Shown: piece after piece, positions 8,656 to 17,801 of the stretch
Layout: each line of letters starts with the position of its first letter
How positions within the stretch are numbered: position 1 is the stretch's first letter
DNA from: a virus
DNA length: 64,000 bases
Virus record (IMG/VR): IMGVR_UViG_3300035703_000038
Coordinates: 1-64,000 of that record
Direction: 5' to 3' (one strand)
Position numbers and translations under genes: made by a program
The notes under the pieces: generated by a model
Database searches by the model: none
Told to the model about the DNA's origin: nothing
Seen by the model: only the letters and a program-made list of their open reading frames with translations

Positions 8656-8993
8656 ACACCATCGACTACTTCGGTAAAGAGTTAGTACTCAAACCTATCA
8701 ATAAGGTTCGCGTCCGTGTGATTGACGGAAAGTGGAATGTTGAGTATCGCTCTAAGAAGTGGTTGTTTAACTTTTGGAATGTTGAAGGTCAATACCGTGA
8801 CTTCGTTGATGCCAAAGCTAAGGCAGAGACATTGAAGGCACAAGGTGGATTCTTCACTCTAAAAGATATGGTCATTGAGATGGATGTCAATACTGATGTC
8901 GTGGAAGAACCACAGGCAGAAGACTTTGACACTGGTGTGCAAGCAGAGCCTCCTAAGAGAAGTTGGTTTGCACGAATATTCAAAAGGTCCTAA
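8652..8993 (+). CDS. hypothetical protein
   Basis: ATGA-coupled ORF. Confidence 0.7.
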   Translation: MNTIDYFGKELVLKPINKVRVRVIDGKWNVEYRSKKWLFNFWNVEGQYRDFVDAKAKAETLKAQGGFFTLKDMVIEMDVNTDVVEEPQAEDFDTGVQAEPPKRSWFARIFKRS

Positions 8994-8999
8994 CACAAA

Positions 9000-9075
9000 G
9001 GGCCTATAGCATAACGGTTAATGCAGAGGACTCATAATCCTTTGACTGTAGGTTCAAATCCTACTGGGCCCACCA
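9000..9075 (+). tRNA. tRNA with CAU anticodon, probably tRNA-Ile2 (lysidine); elongator Met is the alternative
   Basis: Acceptor stem GGGCCTA/TGGGCCC, anticodon arm GAGGA-CTCATAA-TCCTT, T arm GTAGG-TTCAAAT-CCTAC, encoded ACCA end. Confidence 0.92.
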
Positions 9076-9085
9076 ATTTAATATT

Positions 9086-9322
9086 ATGGATTCACGACAA
9101 CAAACAATTCAATACTTAATGCTCGAGGCTAGCGAACTTTCTAAAGTTTGCGCTGAAGCTTTGATGGCTGTCAATAGAAATAAGGCAGACATTAAGGTTG
9201 AACAACAAGTTGGTGTTATCCTTAACGCAATCAAAGAAGCAACTACCCAACTTAACTTTTCAGAAGATAGGTTAATGGTTGCTGTTGAGAAAGAACAAGT
9301 AAGACGGGAGAAGGAATTATGA
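9086..9322 (+). CDS. hypothetical helical protein (possibly degenerate MazG-like)
   Basis: LMLEASEL...AL pattern, only weakly MazG-like. Confidence 0.55.
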   Translation: MDSRQQTIQYLMLEASELSKVCAEALMAVNRNKADIKVEQQVGVILNAIKEATTQLNFSEDRLMVAVEKEQVRREKEL

Positions 9323-9630
9323 TCGATGATATTGATCCAAAGACATACTTCAGTTTGTCTATGCGTAGAGATGGTAAGGATGTTAACGTCAACTTCGACG
9401 GTGTCGATGTTAGAGTACCCCAGGTGCTTGAAGAAGTTCTTCATTTTATGAAGGCCTGTGGTTATTGCTTCGATATTGATGATCGTATTGAAGTTGTAAA
9501 TGATTTCAGGTTTGAGGATAGTACACAGAAGCCAGAGCTCGATCTGTCGTGGTTGGATAACTACCCTGATCCTGAAATGACTAACTTTGATCACAATAAT
9601 CCAAACCACATTATTAAGCCAGAGGGTTAA
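9319..9630 (+). CDS. hypothetical protein
   Basis: AGGA RBS; F..ACGY motif. Confidence 0.7.
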   Translation: MIDDIDPKTYFSLSMRRDGKDVNVNFDGVDVRVPQVLEEVLHFMKACGYCFDIDDRIEVVNDFRFEDSTQKPELDLSWLDNYPDPEMTNFDHNNPNHIIKPEG

Positions 9631-9634
9631 TACA

Positions 9635-9724
9635 ATGCCAGCTAAAACAGGTACTAAAGGATTTGGCAAGGGCCGGGCTAAGTTAGGTTCTAAGAAGCGA
9701 AAGGCACGTCGTAAGAAAAGCTAA
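9635..9724 (+). CDS. 29-aa highly basic peptide
   Basis: MPAKTGTKGFGKGRAKLGSKKRKARRKKS*; GAGG RBS; TAATG overlap with the next gene. Confidence 0.65.
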   Translation: MPAKTGTKGFGKGRAKLGSKKRKARRKKS

Positions 9725-10488
9725 TGAAAGTTTATATTGGTCCATACACTAATTGGTTCGGCCCATATCAGTTGGCCGAGAAGATCCTTTTTTGGAAGGA
9801 AAGAGGTGACGATAGCGTTCACCAATTGGGTGAATGGTTAGCCTATGGTACAAATAAACCTAAGGATGATCTGAAGCCCAGCACAACTGTGGCTAGCCTT
9901 ATGTCTTCTGTTGAAGAAAGAGAGCAACATGGAACCTGGCTGTATAAGTTGTTATTATGGATTGAATCTAAGAAGAAGCGTGCTGTTAAGGTTAAGATTG
10001 ATAAGTACGATACTTGGTCAATGGACCATACACTATCGTATATCATTCTTCCAATGCTTAAGCAGCTGAAAGAAACAAAGCATGGTGCTCCTAATGTTGA
10101 TGATTGTGATGTACCTGAAAACATTCGCTCCACATCTGCTCCTCCTAAAGAAAATGATTACGACGTGGATGCATTCCATTTTGATCGTTGGGACTATGTT
10201 CTTGATGAAATGATTTGGGCATTTGGTCAAAAGCTCACGGATTGGGAAAGACAATACTATAGTGGCGAGGCTGACTACTACCATCAAGCCTATGATGAGA
10301 ATGACCAGAAAGTTGGTGACCCATACAAGTGGCCTCAGAAGGGCCCTAAGGGTTTCAAGTATAGTCAGCTCATTCCTGGTCCAAACCATACATTCAAAAT
10401 GGATATGGAAGGCTTGAAGGCTCATGATGAGCGTATAAAGAATGGCTTCAAGTTATTTGGTAAGTACTATAACGGTCTTTGGAATTAG
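9724..10488 (+). CDS. conserved hypothetical T4-like phage protein
   Basis: KIDKYDTWSMDHTL..II.PML.QLK and LFGKYY.GLW motifs. Confidence 0.8.
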   Translation: MKVYIGPYTNWFGPYQLAEKILFWKERGDDSVHQLGEWLAYGTNKPKDDLKPSTTVASLMSSVEEREQHGTWLYKLLLWIESKKKRAVKVKIDKYDTWSMDHTLSYIILPMLKQLKETKHGAPNVDDCDVPENIRSTSAPPKENDYDVDAFHFDRWDYVLDEMIWAFGQKLTDWERQYYSGEADYYHQAYDENDQKVGDPYKWPQKGPKGFKYSQLIPGPNHTFKMDMEGLKAHDERIKNGFKLFGKYYNGLWN

Positions 10489-10489
10489 T

Positions 10490-10768
10490 ATGAAGCGTCA
10501 ATGGCGATGTGCGGATAAGAACAATCACTACTATTTCCAAGTTCATGATGGAAAGGTAGTTGGTCAGGTGTACAATCTTGCCCATACTATCATCTGGGGT
10601 GCTAAGATTCCTGTTAGTGCTACAGAAGATAAGATTCTTGGTCAGTATGTTGAGATGGAATTTGCTAAGAGAGCAGTAGAAGACAATTGGGATGAGATAG
10701 ATAGAACAATAGATGCTATCTTCCCTGATCACCAAAAGCAGTTAACCAAGCATACAGATGGAATTTAA
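10490..10768 (+). CDS. hypothetical protein
   Basis: ORF starting MKRQWRC. Confidence 0.7.
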   Translation: MKRQWRCADKNNHYYFQVHDGKVVGQVYNLAHTIIWGAKIPVSATEDKILGQYVEMEFAKRAVEDNWDEIDRTIDAIFPDHQKQLTKHTDGI

Positions 10769-11297
10769 GATCCATAGAAACTTTATTACTGAAGAAGAAA
10801 GGCTGCATCTTAAACATTATGCAGATACCCACTTTCAAGGTGGACGCTTCTGGCCAAACCATGTTTACTCAAAGAGATGGATTCTCGTTCTTAAAAGATC
10901 GCCTCAGACAGACCACAATGGCGCATACTATACAAATGAAATTCACAATTTGTATATGCGGATTCTCTCCACTCTAGATATACCTGATGGCAACATTGAC
11001 CCTCGGCTTGGAATTCTAATTTCCTATATTGAGCCAGGTGGTTTTATTCACAAACATAGAGATATCTACTCAAGTCCTGATTGGAAAGATAAGTTCAACT
11101 ACAGATTCAATATTGTTGTTGACAGAGGATCAGATCCATCGTATAATCCAGTTATTGAGGATATATCATACGACATTGGTAAAGGTGACGCTTGGTCGTT
11201 CAATGCAACTACCGATCTTCACTACACGCTACCGATAGCTGGACCAGAGAACAGAATTGTCTATCAATTTGGATTTGCCATTTCCAAAGAGATGTAG
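10758..11297 (+). CDS. 2OG-Fe(II) oxygenase superfamily protein
   Basis: PGGFIHKHRD (HxD), distal H (DLHYT), and RIV. Confidence 0.75.
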   Translation: MEFKIHRNFITEEERLHLKHYADTHFQGGRFWPNHVYSKRWILVLKRSPQTDHNGAYYTNEIHNLYMRILSTLDIPDGNIDPRLGILISYIEPGGFIHKHRDIYSSPDWKDKFNYRFNIVVDRGSDPSYNPVIEDISYDIGKGDAWSFNATTDLHYTLPIAGPENRIVYQFGFAISKEM

Positions 11298-11303
11298 TAT
11301 AAT
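11275..11303 (+). promoter_or_regulatory. sigma70-type promoter
   Basis: TTGCCA-N17-TATAAT; the ATG at 11310 follows after a 6-nt gap. Confidence 0.75.
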
Positions 11304-11309
11304 ACACTC

Positions 11310-11924
11310 ATGAACATTTTTATAGTTGACCGTAACCCTGTTGTAGCAGCTCAGATGCTATGTGACCAGCATGTTGTTAAGATGGTTACAGAGAGTGTTC
11401 AAATGCTATCAACGTGTCATAGGGTGTTAGATGGTAAGATGGAAATTGCGCCGTCCGTATCCGGTAAGAGAAATGTTCCTCGATATCGTTTGGATGATGG
11501 TCGTAATGGTGTCCTCTATCATGCTGTCCATTTCAACCATCCTTGTAACATTTGGATTCGCGATGACATTGTAAACTACGATTGGTTAGTTGCCCACACC
11601 TATGCTCTATGTGAAGAGTATACATTGCGGTACAATAAGAAGCATGCTTGCGAGAGCATACTCGAGTACATGATTGGTGTTGGCGCGCCGAAGAATATTC
11701 CTAACTACAATCCACGTAGAACACAGCAGTTTGTTCAGGCAATGCCAGACGAGTATAAGGATGCTGACCCCGTTAAGGCATATAGAAATTTTTACGTTGG
11801 TAGCAAGTCTAAATTTGCTCGCTGGCGATTTGTAAATCCTCCTAAGTGGTATATCGATGCAACTACAAAGTCCATACGAAGCGTATCAACTTTACGTAGC
11901 AATCAAGAATCACTTTCATACTAG
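11310..11924 (+). CDS. pyrimidine-dimer DNA glycosylase / DenV-related protein
   Basis: MNIF.....P..AAQ..CD.HVVKM..E..QMLST.H; NHP..IW; EY..RY.K.H; QAMPDEYK..D.V.AYR.FY. Confidence 0.75.
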   Translation: MNIFIVDRNPVVAAQMLCDQHVVKMVTESVQMLSTCHRVLDGKMEIAPSVSGKRNVPRYRLDDGRNGVLYHAVHFNHPCNIWIRDDIVNYDWLVAHTYALCEEYTLRYNKKHACESILEYMIGVGAPKNIPNYNPRRTQQFVQAMPDEYKDADPVKAYRNFYVGSKSKFARWRFVNPPKWYIDATTKSIRSVSTLRSNQESLSY

Positions 11925-12441
11925 TTACGACTTCTTCAAATATAATGGCAAAGTCAAGGTTCAGTTCACTTCTTTTGAGGTTCGCAAGGACAAGTATTTC
12001 TTTTCGAAGCTTCAGAAACATTCTGATCCTCTTGGGTTGCTTGTATCTAATTTTGTTGATGATCCAAATATTTGGATTGGAGATATTGTTTCCTTCGATA
12101 CTAGCCAAGAAGTCTATCTAAAGTGGAAGAAGAGACAAGATGCAATCTCTTACACTTATCAAGAAGACATAAAGAAGTTAGCCCACGATCCAGATGAATC
12201 GCTAAGAGTGGCTAATGGTCAACATCCTAAACTATTAAAGATGCTGATCGGGACTACTATTTATCCAGAAACGGTGATCTTGCTAAATTCCCAATTGAAC
12301 TTCTTCCCTTATTGGGAAAGTGAGATTATGGATCCGGCAATATGGCCAGTTCAATACAATAAACTACAAAAGTACAAACCATTCATCAAGTACGATAAAG
12401 TAAAAATTAAGAAGTTAACTGTTGACTATTTCGATCTTTAA
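11857..12441 (+). CDS. gp59: helicase loader (T4 gp59-like)
   Basis: Y..Y.AIK.HF...YDFFKYNGK, RKDKYFF.KL, KYKPF; lies directly upstream of gp32. Confidence 0.85.
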   Translation: MQLQSPYEAYQLYVAIKNHFHTSYDFFKYNGKVKVQFTSFEVRKDKYFFSKLQKHSDPLGLLVSNFVDDPNIWIGDIVSFDTSQEVYLKWKKRQDAISYTYQEDIKKLAHDPDESLRVANGQHPKLLKMLIGTTIYPETVILLNSQLNFFPYWESEIMDPAIWPVQYNKLQKYKPFIKYDKVKIKKLTVDYFDL

Positions 12442-12455
12442 TGGTATTATAAATA
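12422..12455 (+). promoter_or_regulatory. overlapping sigma70 promoter and T4 late promoter for gp32
   Basis: TTGACT-N17-TATTAT (12422-12450) overlapping TATAAATA (12448-12455). Confidence 0.75.
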
Positions 12456-12519
12456 GTGTATATTATGTTTAATTGTGAACAAACTAATACACTATACATC
12501 TATACGGAGATACAATTAT

Positions 12520-13443
12520 ATGGCAAATGCATTCGATCAACTAAAGCGCAATCGTAAGACCGACTTTGATAAGTTGGCAGATACAGTAAAGAAGATCAAC
12601 GATAAGCAAGGCGGTGGTAACGAGGATAATCGTTTCTGGCAGCCTGGCGTTGACCAAGCAGGGAATGGCTTTGCAGTCATTCGATTCCTTCCTGCTCCTG
12701 CTGGTGAAGACAATCCTTTCGTTCGCGTATTCTCTCACGGCTTCCAAGGTCCTGGTGGTTGGTTCATTGAGAACTGCCCAACGACTCTTGGTGATAAGTG
12801 CCCAGCATGTGAAGAGAACACTGTTCTTTGGAATAGTGGTGTTGATGCAAACAAGAAGATTGTTTCAGCTCGCAAGCGTAAGCTCAACTTCATCTCGAAC
12901 ATCTATGTTGTTCGTGATCCTAATAATCCTTCTAACGAAGGTAAGGTATTCCTCTTCAAGTATGGTAAGAAGATCTATGATAAGATCAACAATGCCATGT
13001 ACCCAGAGTTTGAAGATGAGAAGTCTGTCAACCCATTTGATATGTGGGAAGGTGCTGACTTCAAGTTGAAGATTCGTAAGGTTGAAGGCTACCGCAACTA
13101 CGATAAGTCTGAGTTCGATGCACCAGCTGCATTGCTCGATGATGATGGTAAGTTGGAGAAGGTATGGCAGTCGGAACATTCTCTTGCTCAATTTGTTGAC
13201 AAGAAGGAGTTCAAGAGCTACGATGACTTGAAGGTTCGCTTGGCTAAGTCACTTGGCCAGAGTGCTCCAATGACTCGTGCTACTGAGGAAGAAGAGGATG
13301 AGGTGGCAGCTCCTGCCTATCGTCCTAAGGCTGCAGCACCTAAGGCACAAAAGGAGAGCTGGAACGAGAGTGATGATGTATTCACGCCTTCGGATTCAGA
13401 AGATAACCTTCCAGACTTCTTTAAAAAGTTAGCTGAAGAATAA
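12520..13443 (+). CDS. gp32: single-stranded DNA-binding protein (T4 gp32)
   Basis: AVIRFLP, HGF.GPGGWFIENCPTT...CPAC, KYGKKI, PFD.W.GADFKLKI, acidic tail; GGAG RBS. Confidence 0.97.
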   Translation: MANAFDQLKRNRKTDFDKLADTVKKINDKQGGGNEDNRFWQPGVDQAGNGFAVIRFLPAPAGEDNPFVRVFSHGFQGPGGWFIENCPTTLGDKCPACEENTVLWNSGVDANKKIVSARKRKLNFISNIYVVRDPNNPSNEGKVFLFKYGKKIYDKINNAMYPEFEDEKSVNPFDMWEGADFKLKIRKVEGYRNYDKSEFDAPAALLDDDGKLEKVWQSEHSLAQFVDKKEFKSYDDLKVRLAKSLGQSAPMTRATEEEEDEVAAPAYRPKAAAPKAQKESWNESDDVFTPSDSEDNLPDFFKKLAEE

Positions 13444-13484
13444 TATCATTGGTGAGCGTGTAGACGCATCGATTAGTGATATGG

Positions 13485-13515
13485 AGGGGCCAGGAAACTG
13501 GCCCCTTTCTTTTTT
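13485..13515 (+). terminator. rho-independent terminator after gp32
   Basis: AGGGGCCAG-GAAA-CTGGCCCCT followed by a T-rich tract, between convergent genes. Confidence 0.9.
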
Positions 13516-15298
13516 AGAATCCAAACATTGGTTGGCCGCCACCAAAGAAGCTTGCCTGCATACCAAATACTGGTGTGGCTGAAGTAGGCATGCTAATGTT
13601 CTGACTACTACTTTGGTTGACGTTTGTTGTTGTTACTGGAGCGACAACACTTTGTGAACTTGATCCACCTGCTGCACCACCGGCGCCAGCAACTCTCTGT
13701 GACTCGTTGGCTAAAGCCTGTCCTGCTGCTGGTTGCTGAGCAACTGGTGTAATTGTACCTGGCTTAACTTGACCTGGTGCAGCTTGTTGGGCAGGTGGCT
13801 GCATTGCTGCTGGCTTAGCCTGACCAGGTGTAGCAGGTGTAACAGCTTTAGCTTGTTCTGGTTTTGATTGCTGTTGCTTAGCTTTCTCTTTCTCTGCCTT
13901 TTGCATTGCCATGTCTGCATCCGACTTGGCAACTTCCTTTTGCATTTGACCAGTACCAACCAACTTACCTAGCAACGTGTCAGGTGGTGCAAGGGCGATC
14001 AGAAGTTTCTTTGCCAAAGCAGCAAGGTCAAAGTTGAATATCTCTTTGATAGCATCACCAAGTGCCTTGAATGGAGCTATAATCATATCTGTCAAGCCAC
14101 CAAGGATGTCGCCTGACATGATCTTAGTAAATGCATCACCTATACTTCCAACAAATGCCTTTAGTGTATCAAATATTGTTTGGATTGCGTTGTTTAAGAA
14201 CTCAGTGAAGTTGAATTCGCCAATCTTAGCAGCTAGTTCTTCAAATCCTAGCATACCAAGTAGTTTACTTAGTAGCCATGAGCCTAGATCACCAATCCAA
14301 CCAACCAAGCCAGAAATTATACCAGATGTGAATCCCTTGATGGCACCAAACACACCCTCTTCATCAAAGCCCTTAAATGCTTGAGAGATACCTTTGAATA
14401 GAGCCATGATAGTTGATATGACAACACCAATAGGACCTAGGAATCTACCAACAGCCCCTAGCATCTTACCAACTACACCAGCTGCCTTAGCACCAGCAGC
14501 AAAAAACTTTGACAATCCTTCGATGGCTTTGGTTACAATAGAACCGCCCTTGCCAGCCATACCAGCAATCTTGCCAATCATACTAAAGAATTTACCAACC
14601 TGTCTGAATGCATCTAGTACGCCATCAACAATCTTGGCGAACTTACCACCTGAAAATACTTTTGTTATTCTTTCAATCTGAGAGGAGTATGCAACAAGCA
14701 CGCCCCTGAATTCGTTGATTAGTCTGCCAGCTAGCTGGGCAACTTTACCACTTATTGATGGAAACTTGGCTGCAAGGCCTTTGAATGCTTTAGTTAGAGA
14801 GTTGATAGCATTACCAATTGCTGTCTTTAGGAAGCCAGCCATGAATGCTATAATCTTCGGCAGCTCCTTGAGAACTGACATAATTTGCTTTCTGAAAACA
14901 AGAACGAGAGCAGCAATTAAACCAAGCTCTTTCTTCAATCCTATGAAGAAGCCAACAATGAATGGAATAAGAATATTGATTAGCCCTTCAAAGAAGTCAA
15001 TCAACTTTTGGAATGGATTTTTCTTATCCTTCATCTCGCCAGGCTTCTTATCTTTTTCTCTAGATGCTTCTAATTGCTTAGCCTCATCTGGAGCCATCGC
15101 CTTCAGCGCTTCTTCAGTCTCTCTGAGAGAAGTTAACTGGGCACCCATAAACCCAGTCATGTTGTATAAGTTATCTGAGATGTTAGTTGCCAATACAACC
15201 AATCTCTCAATAGCCTTAAATTGAGGTTGCTCTAATTTAACAAGTACAGCTGATCTTGCAGCTGCATCATTGACTATTGGTAGTGGTTTATCTGCCAT
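13514..15298 (-). CDS. baseplate hub / tail tape-measure protein (gp29-like)
   Basis: 594 aa of amphipathic helical G/A/F/I repeats; located next to gp51 and gp26. Confidence 0.65.
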   Translation of the reverse strand: MADKPLPIVNDAAARSAVLVKLEQPQFKAIERLVVLATNISDNLYNMTGFMGAQLTSLRETEEALKAMAPDEAKQLEASREKDKKPGEMKDKKNPFQKLIDFFEGLINILIPFIVGFFIGLKKELGLIAALVLVFRKQIMSVLKELPKIIAFMAGFLKTAIGNAINSLTKAFKGLAAKFPSISGKVAQLAGRLINEFRGVLVAYSSQIERITKVFSGGKFAKIVDGVLDAFRQVGKFFSMIGKIAGMAGKGGSIVTKAIEGLSKFFAAGAKAAGVVGKMLGAVGRFLGPIGVVISTIMALFKGISQAFKGFDEEGVFGAIKGFTSGIISGLVGWIGDLGSWLLSKLLGMLGFEELAAKIGEFNFTEFLNNAIQTIFDTLKAFVGSIGDAFTKIMSGDILGGLTDMIIAPFKALGDAIKEIFNFDLAALAKKLLIALAPPDTLLGKLVGTGQMQKEVAKSDADMAMQKAEKEKAKQQQSKPEQAKAVTPATPGQAKPAAMQPPAQQAAPGQVKPGTITPVAQQPAAGQALANESQRVAGAGGAAGGSSSQSVVAPVTTTNVNQSSSQNISMPTSATPVFGMQASFFGGGQPMFGF

Positions 15299-15302
15299 TA
15301 AC

Positions 15303-15491
15303 TTATACGTCCGTAATACCTTGTTGCCTTAATCGTTCTTTCTCTTTCTCGATATAATCAATCAATAGTGTAATATAGATATCACGTTCATATGGTATTA
15401 GATCTTCAACATCACTAATTGAATATTTATGATGTTGGCAAAGTGCAAATACCGTCTGATAATAATTGGCCAGGTTGTTATACCCAGCCAA
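15303..15491 (-). CDS. gp51: baseplate hub assembly catalyst (gp51-like)
   Basis: L.NYY.T.FAL.QHHKYS..D.E.LIPYERDIY..LL. Confidence 0.8.
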   Translation of the reverse strand: MAGYNNLANYYQTVFALCQHHKYSISDVEDLIPYERDIYITLLIDYIEKEKERLRQQGITDV

Positions 15492-15493
15492 TA

Positions 15494-16183
15494 TTAGAAA
15501 AAATTGTCGATGCCCTCTATAACAACGTCCTTGATAGTACCATCCTTCATCATATACTTGCTCTTGGCAACAATCTTTGGCATAGATTCAAAGAATACCT
15601 GAATCTGTTCCATCTGCTGCTTATTCAATGAAAGGATAAACTCATCAAGCTCTTTAGCTGTATAGTTGGCTACATCAAACACCTCATCACCTTCATAGAT
15701 CTGGGTGATGCAGCCTCTTAAAATACTTAGGATGTCAACCTTGTCACTATTGTTATTAACTAATGTTTCAAATGTTGGATACTTTAGTACAACACCAATT
15801 GTATCCGTTAACTTGATATTATTTGTCACACCTTCTTTCTTCACAACCTCAATCTTATCAAGGTTGAATTCAACTTCATACTGCTGCCCATCATCCTCAT
15901 TGTTGATTAGTACTTTGGCAATGTTAGATACTGACTTAGCTCTTAGGTTGATAAAGAAATATTCAATATCAAATGATGCCAAACCATCTACATCTACTGG
16001 ATCGATGCAGCAGTTGTTAATTAGTTGTTTGTATGTGTTAATGATATCTTTACGTTCACCAGACTCTTGAGCAATCATCAAAAGCTTTTCTTCTCTGACA
16101 GTGAATGGTCTGAACCTAATAGTCTTACCAGTTGATGGTAATGTTAAAGAGAAGATTGGTTGACTAATTTTTGGTAGTGGCAT
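15494..16183 (-). CDS. gp26: baseplate hub subunit (gp26)
   Basis: MPLPKI..P...L.LPSTG..I.FRPF.V.EEK.L; LRAKSV; FFESMPK. Confidence 0.9.
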   Translation of the reverse strand: MPLPKISQPIFSLTLPSTGKTIRFRPFTVREEKLLMIAQESGERKDIINTYKQLINNCCIDPVDVDGLASFDIEYFFINLRAKSVSNIAKVLINNEDDGQQYEVEFNLDKIEVVKKEGVTNNIKLTDTIGVVLKYPTFETLVNNNSDKVDILSILRGCITQIYEGDEVFDVANYTAKELDEFILSLNKQQMEQIQVFFESMPKIVAKSKYMMKDGTIKDVVIEGIDNFF

Positions 16184-16203
16184 GATTCACCTCAATTGTT
16201 AAT

Positions 16204-17193
16204 TTAGAAAATATTCTTTAAGCTCTTGCCGCCAGTGACAGATCTCAGTTGATTCTTCAAGTCATTCTTGAATGTATTGTTTAAGTTTCTTAGAATGCCA
16301 AGAGTTTTCTTAACATCACTAACAGCACCAACAACATTCTGGGCAGTCTTAATGTATTCATTATTATAGATTGTACTTTCAACATCCTTCAATGTTGATA
16401 CTGATTGTGTTCTAATTCTCTGAGAGTTTTCTCTCATGTTTGTAGCAAAACTATTCAGCCTACTTAGGCCACTTTCAACGCCACCCTTAGGATCAAATTG
16501 TGGTGGCTTATATGTGAGATCAATTGGACCGGCATTGATCAATTGAGGAGCATTAACGCCCTTCAGTGCTGTGGAGTCTGCTGCAGATCCTAGGATCTTA
16601 TATTCAAAACTCCTATATGTAAATGTGACATTGAATGCCATTACTTCGTTACCTGCCTGCCAGTCTAGGGCTGTCTCAGACATTGTAACTGGGAATGCAT
16701 CATATAGAGTGAAGATCATTAGAGAACCATCTTGCGGATCAGATCCCTTTGATCTTAGCTTATCTTGATATAACATAATATCAATTCTAGTTGCATAATC
16801 CTGTCTATAAGATATCTGGTTACTGAACGCACCAGATCTAACCTGGCCTTGATCATGGCTCAGGTTAACAATATTTCTTAGCCAATCATAGAAATAGGCC
16901 ATTGATTGGCCAGTTGCATCAGCATAGAACTTTAGATTGATATCTGTCACGCCAATGTCATATGGCATCTTAACCATTGGACCTTGGCCATAGATCTTGT
17001 TTTCTGTTGTGAGAATCTGGACTCCTGGTAGTGATGTTGCAGCAGCCAGGTACGCTAGGTCTGGTCCCCCTGAGCCTTGCATGCCATTTTCTCTCATGGC
17101 CCAGGCTGGTGGATATACGTAAACCAAGAAGTTTGATGGTCTTAGAAAACCAACTTCTGTTGAAGATTTCCAATCTTGTATGCTAAATGCCAT
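16204..17193 (-). CDS. tail tube initiator / tube-like protein (gp54-like)
   Basis: LPG...T.E; L.DAFP......LDW; F.VTFTY; adjacent to gp2. Confidence 0.7.
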   Translation of the reverse strand: MAFSIQDWKSSTEVGFLRPSNFLVYVYPPAWAMRENGMQGSGGPDLAYLAAATSLPGVQILTTENKIYGQGPMVKMPYDIGVTDINLKFYADATGQSMAYFYDWLRNIVNLSHDQGQVRSGAFSNQISYRQDYATRIDIMLYQDKLRSKGSDPQDGSLMIFTLYDAFPVTMSETALDWQAGNEVMAFNVTFTYRSFEYKILGSAADSTALKGVNAPQLINAGPIDLTYKPPQFDPKGGVESGLSRLNSFATNMRENSQRIRTQSVSTLKDVESTIYNNEYIKTAQNVVGAVSDVKKTLGILRNLNNTFKNDLKNQLRSVTGGKSLKNIF

Positions 17194-17801
17194 TAGATTA
17201 TAGACCTATATGAATCTTGCCAGACGTTTCTCTTATTCTCTTTTCTAAACTGCTCAGAAGGAACAAATAAAGCTAGGTTCCATTCTGTAGGTTCAATATA
17301 AACTAATGTTGATTGCATACGCTCGTTGAGATAATGCTTTACGCAAGGCTTGAACCATCTATATTTAGTTGAATTATTTAACAGGTCATAAGTGAATCGT
17401 AGACGAGTTGTTTCGTCAAACTTAGTGTTATTCAATAGATTATACAGCTGGTCCATTAGAATAGCTCTATACTTTGGAGCCAGGTAGTGAAGGTTAATGC
17501 CATAGAATCCACCAGTTACTCTTCTAAATGGAAAGACAAGAGGAAACCTATCATAGTATGGTAGTTCCTCTTTGTACTTTGGATTGTATAGAAACATATA
17601 CATTCTACCAAGTAGAGGTACCTTACGACGGCGTTCTGTTTCAGTCAAAAACTTCCTCTCCATAACATCTACAGGTCTGATTGTACCGTATTTGTTTCTT
17701 AGCCATTCCAATGATTCTCTAGAATTATCAAGTATAATACCATCAGCTTCTGCCTGCTGCAGCAACTTAACAAAACCAGGTATATTAGTATTTGTAACCA
17801 T
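17193..17801 (-). CDS. gp2: DNA end protector protein (gp2)
   Basis: GRMYMF.Y.PKYK..LPYYDRFPL; GINLHYL; C.KHYL. Confidence 0.92.
   Translation of the reverse strand: MVTNTNIPGFVKLLQQAEADGIILDNSRESLEWLRNKYGTIRPVDVMERKFLTETERRRKVPLLGRMYMFLYNPKYKEELPYYDRFPLVFPFRRVTGGFYGINLHYLAPKYRAILMDQLYNLLNNTKFDETTRLRFTYDLLNNSTKYRWFKPCVKHYLNERMQSTLVYIEPTEWNLALFVPSEQFRKENKRNVWQDSYRSII

Noticed and set aside
6838-13443. Introns, inteins or homing endonucleases in ligase, gp59 or gp32
   Set aside because: The genes are uninterrupted and of ordinary length. The TnsA-like nuclease at 17785-18228 is the conserved gp4, not a mobile element.
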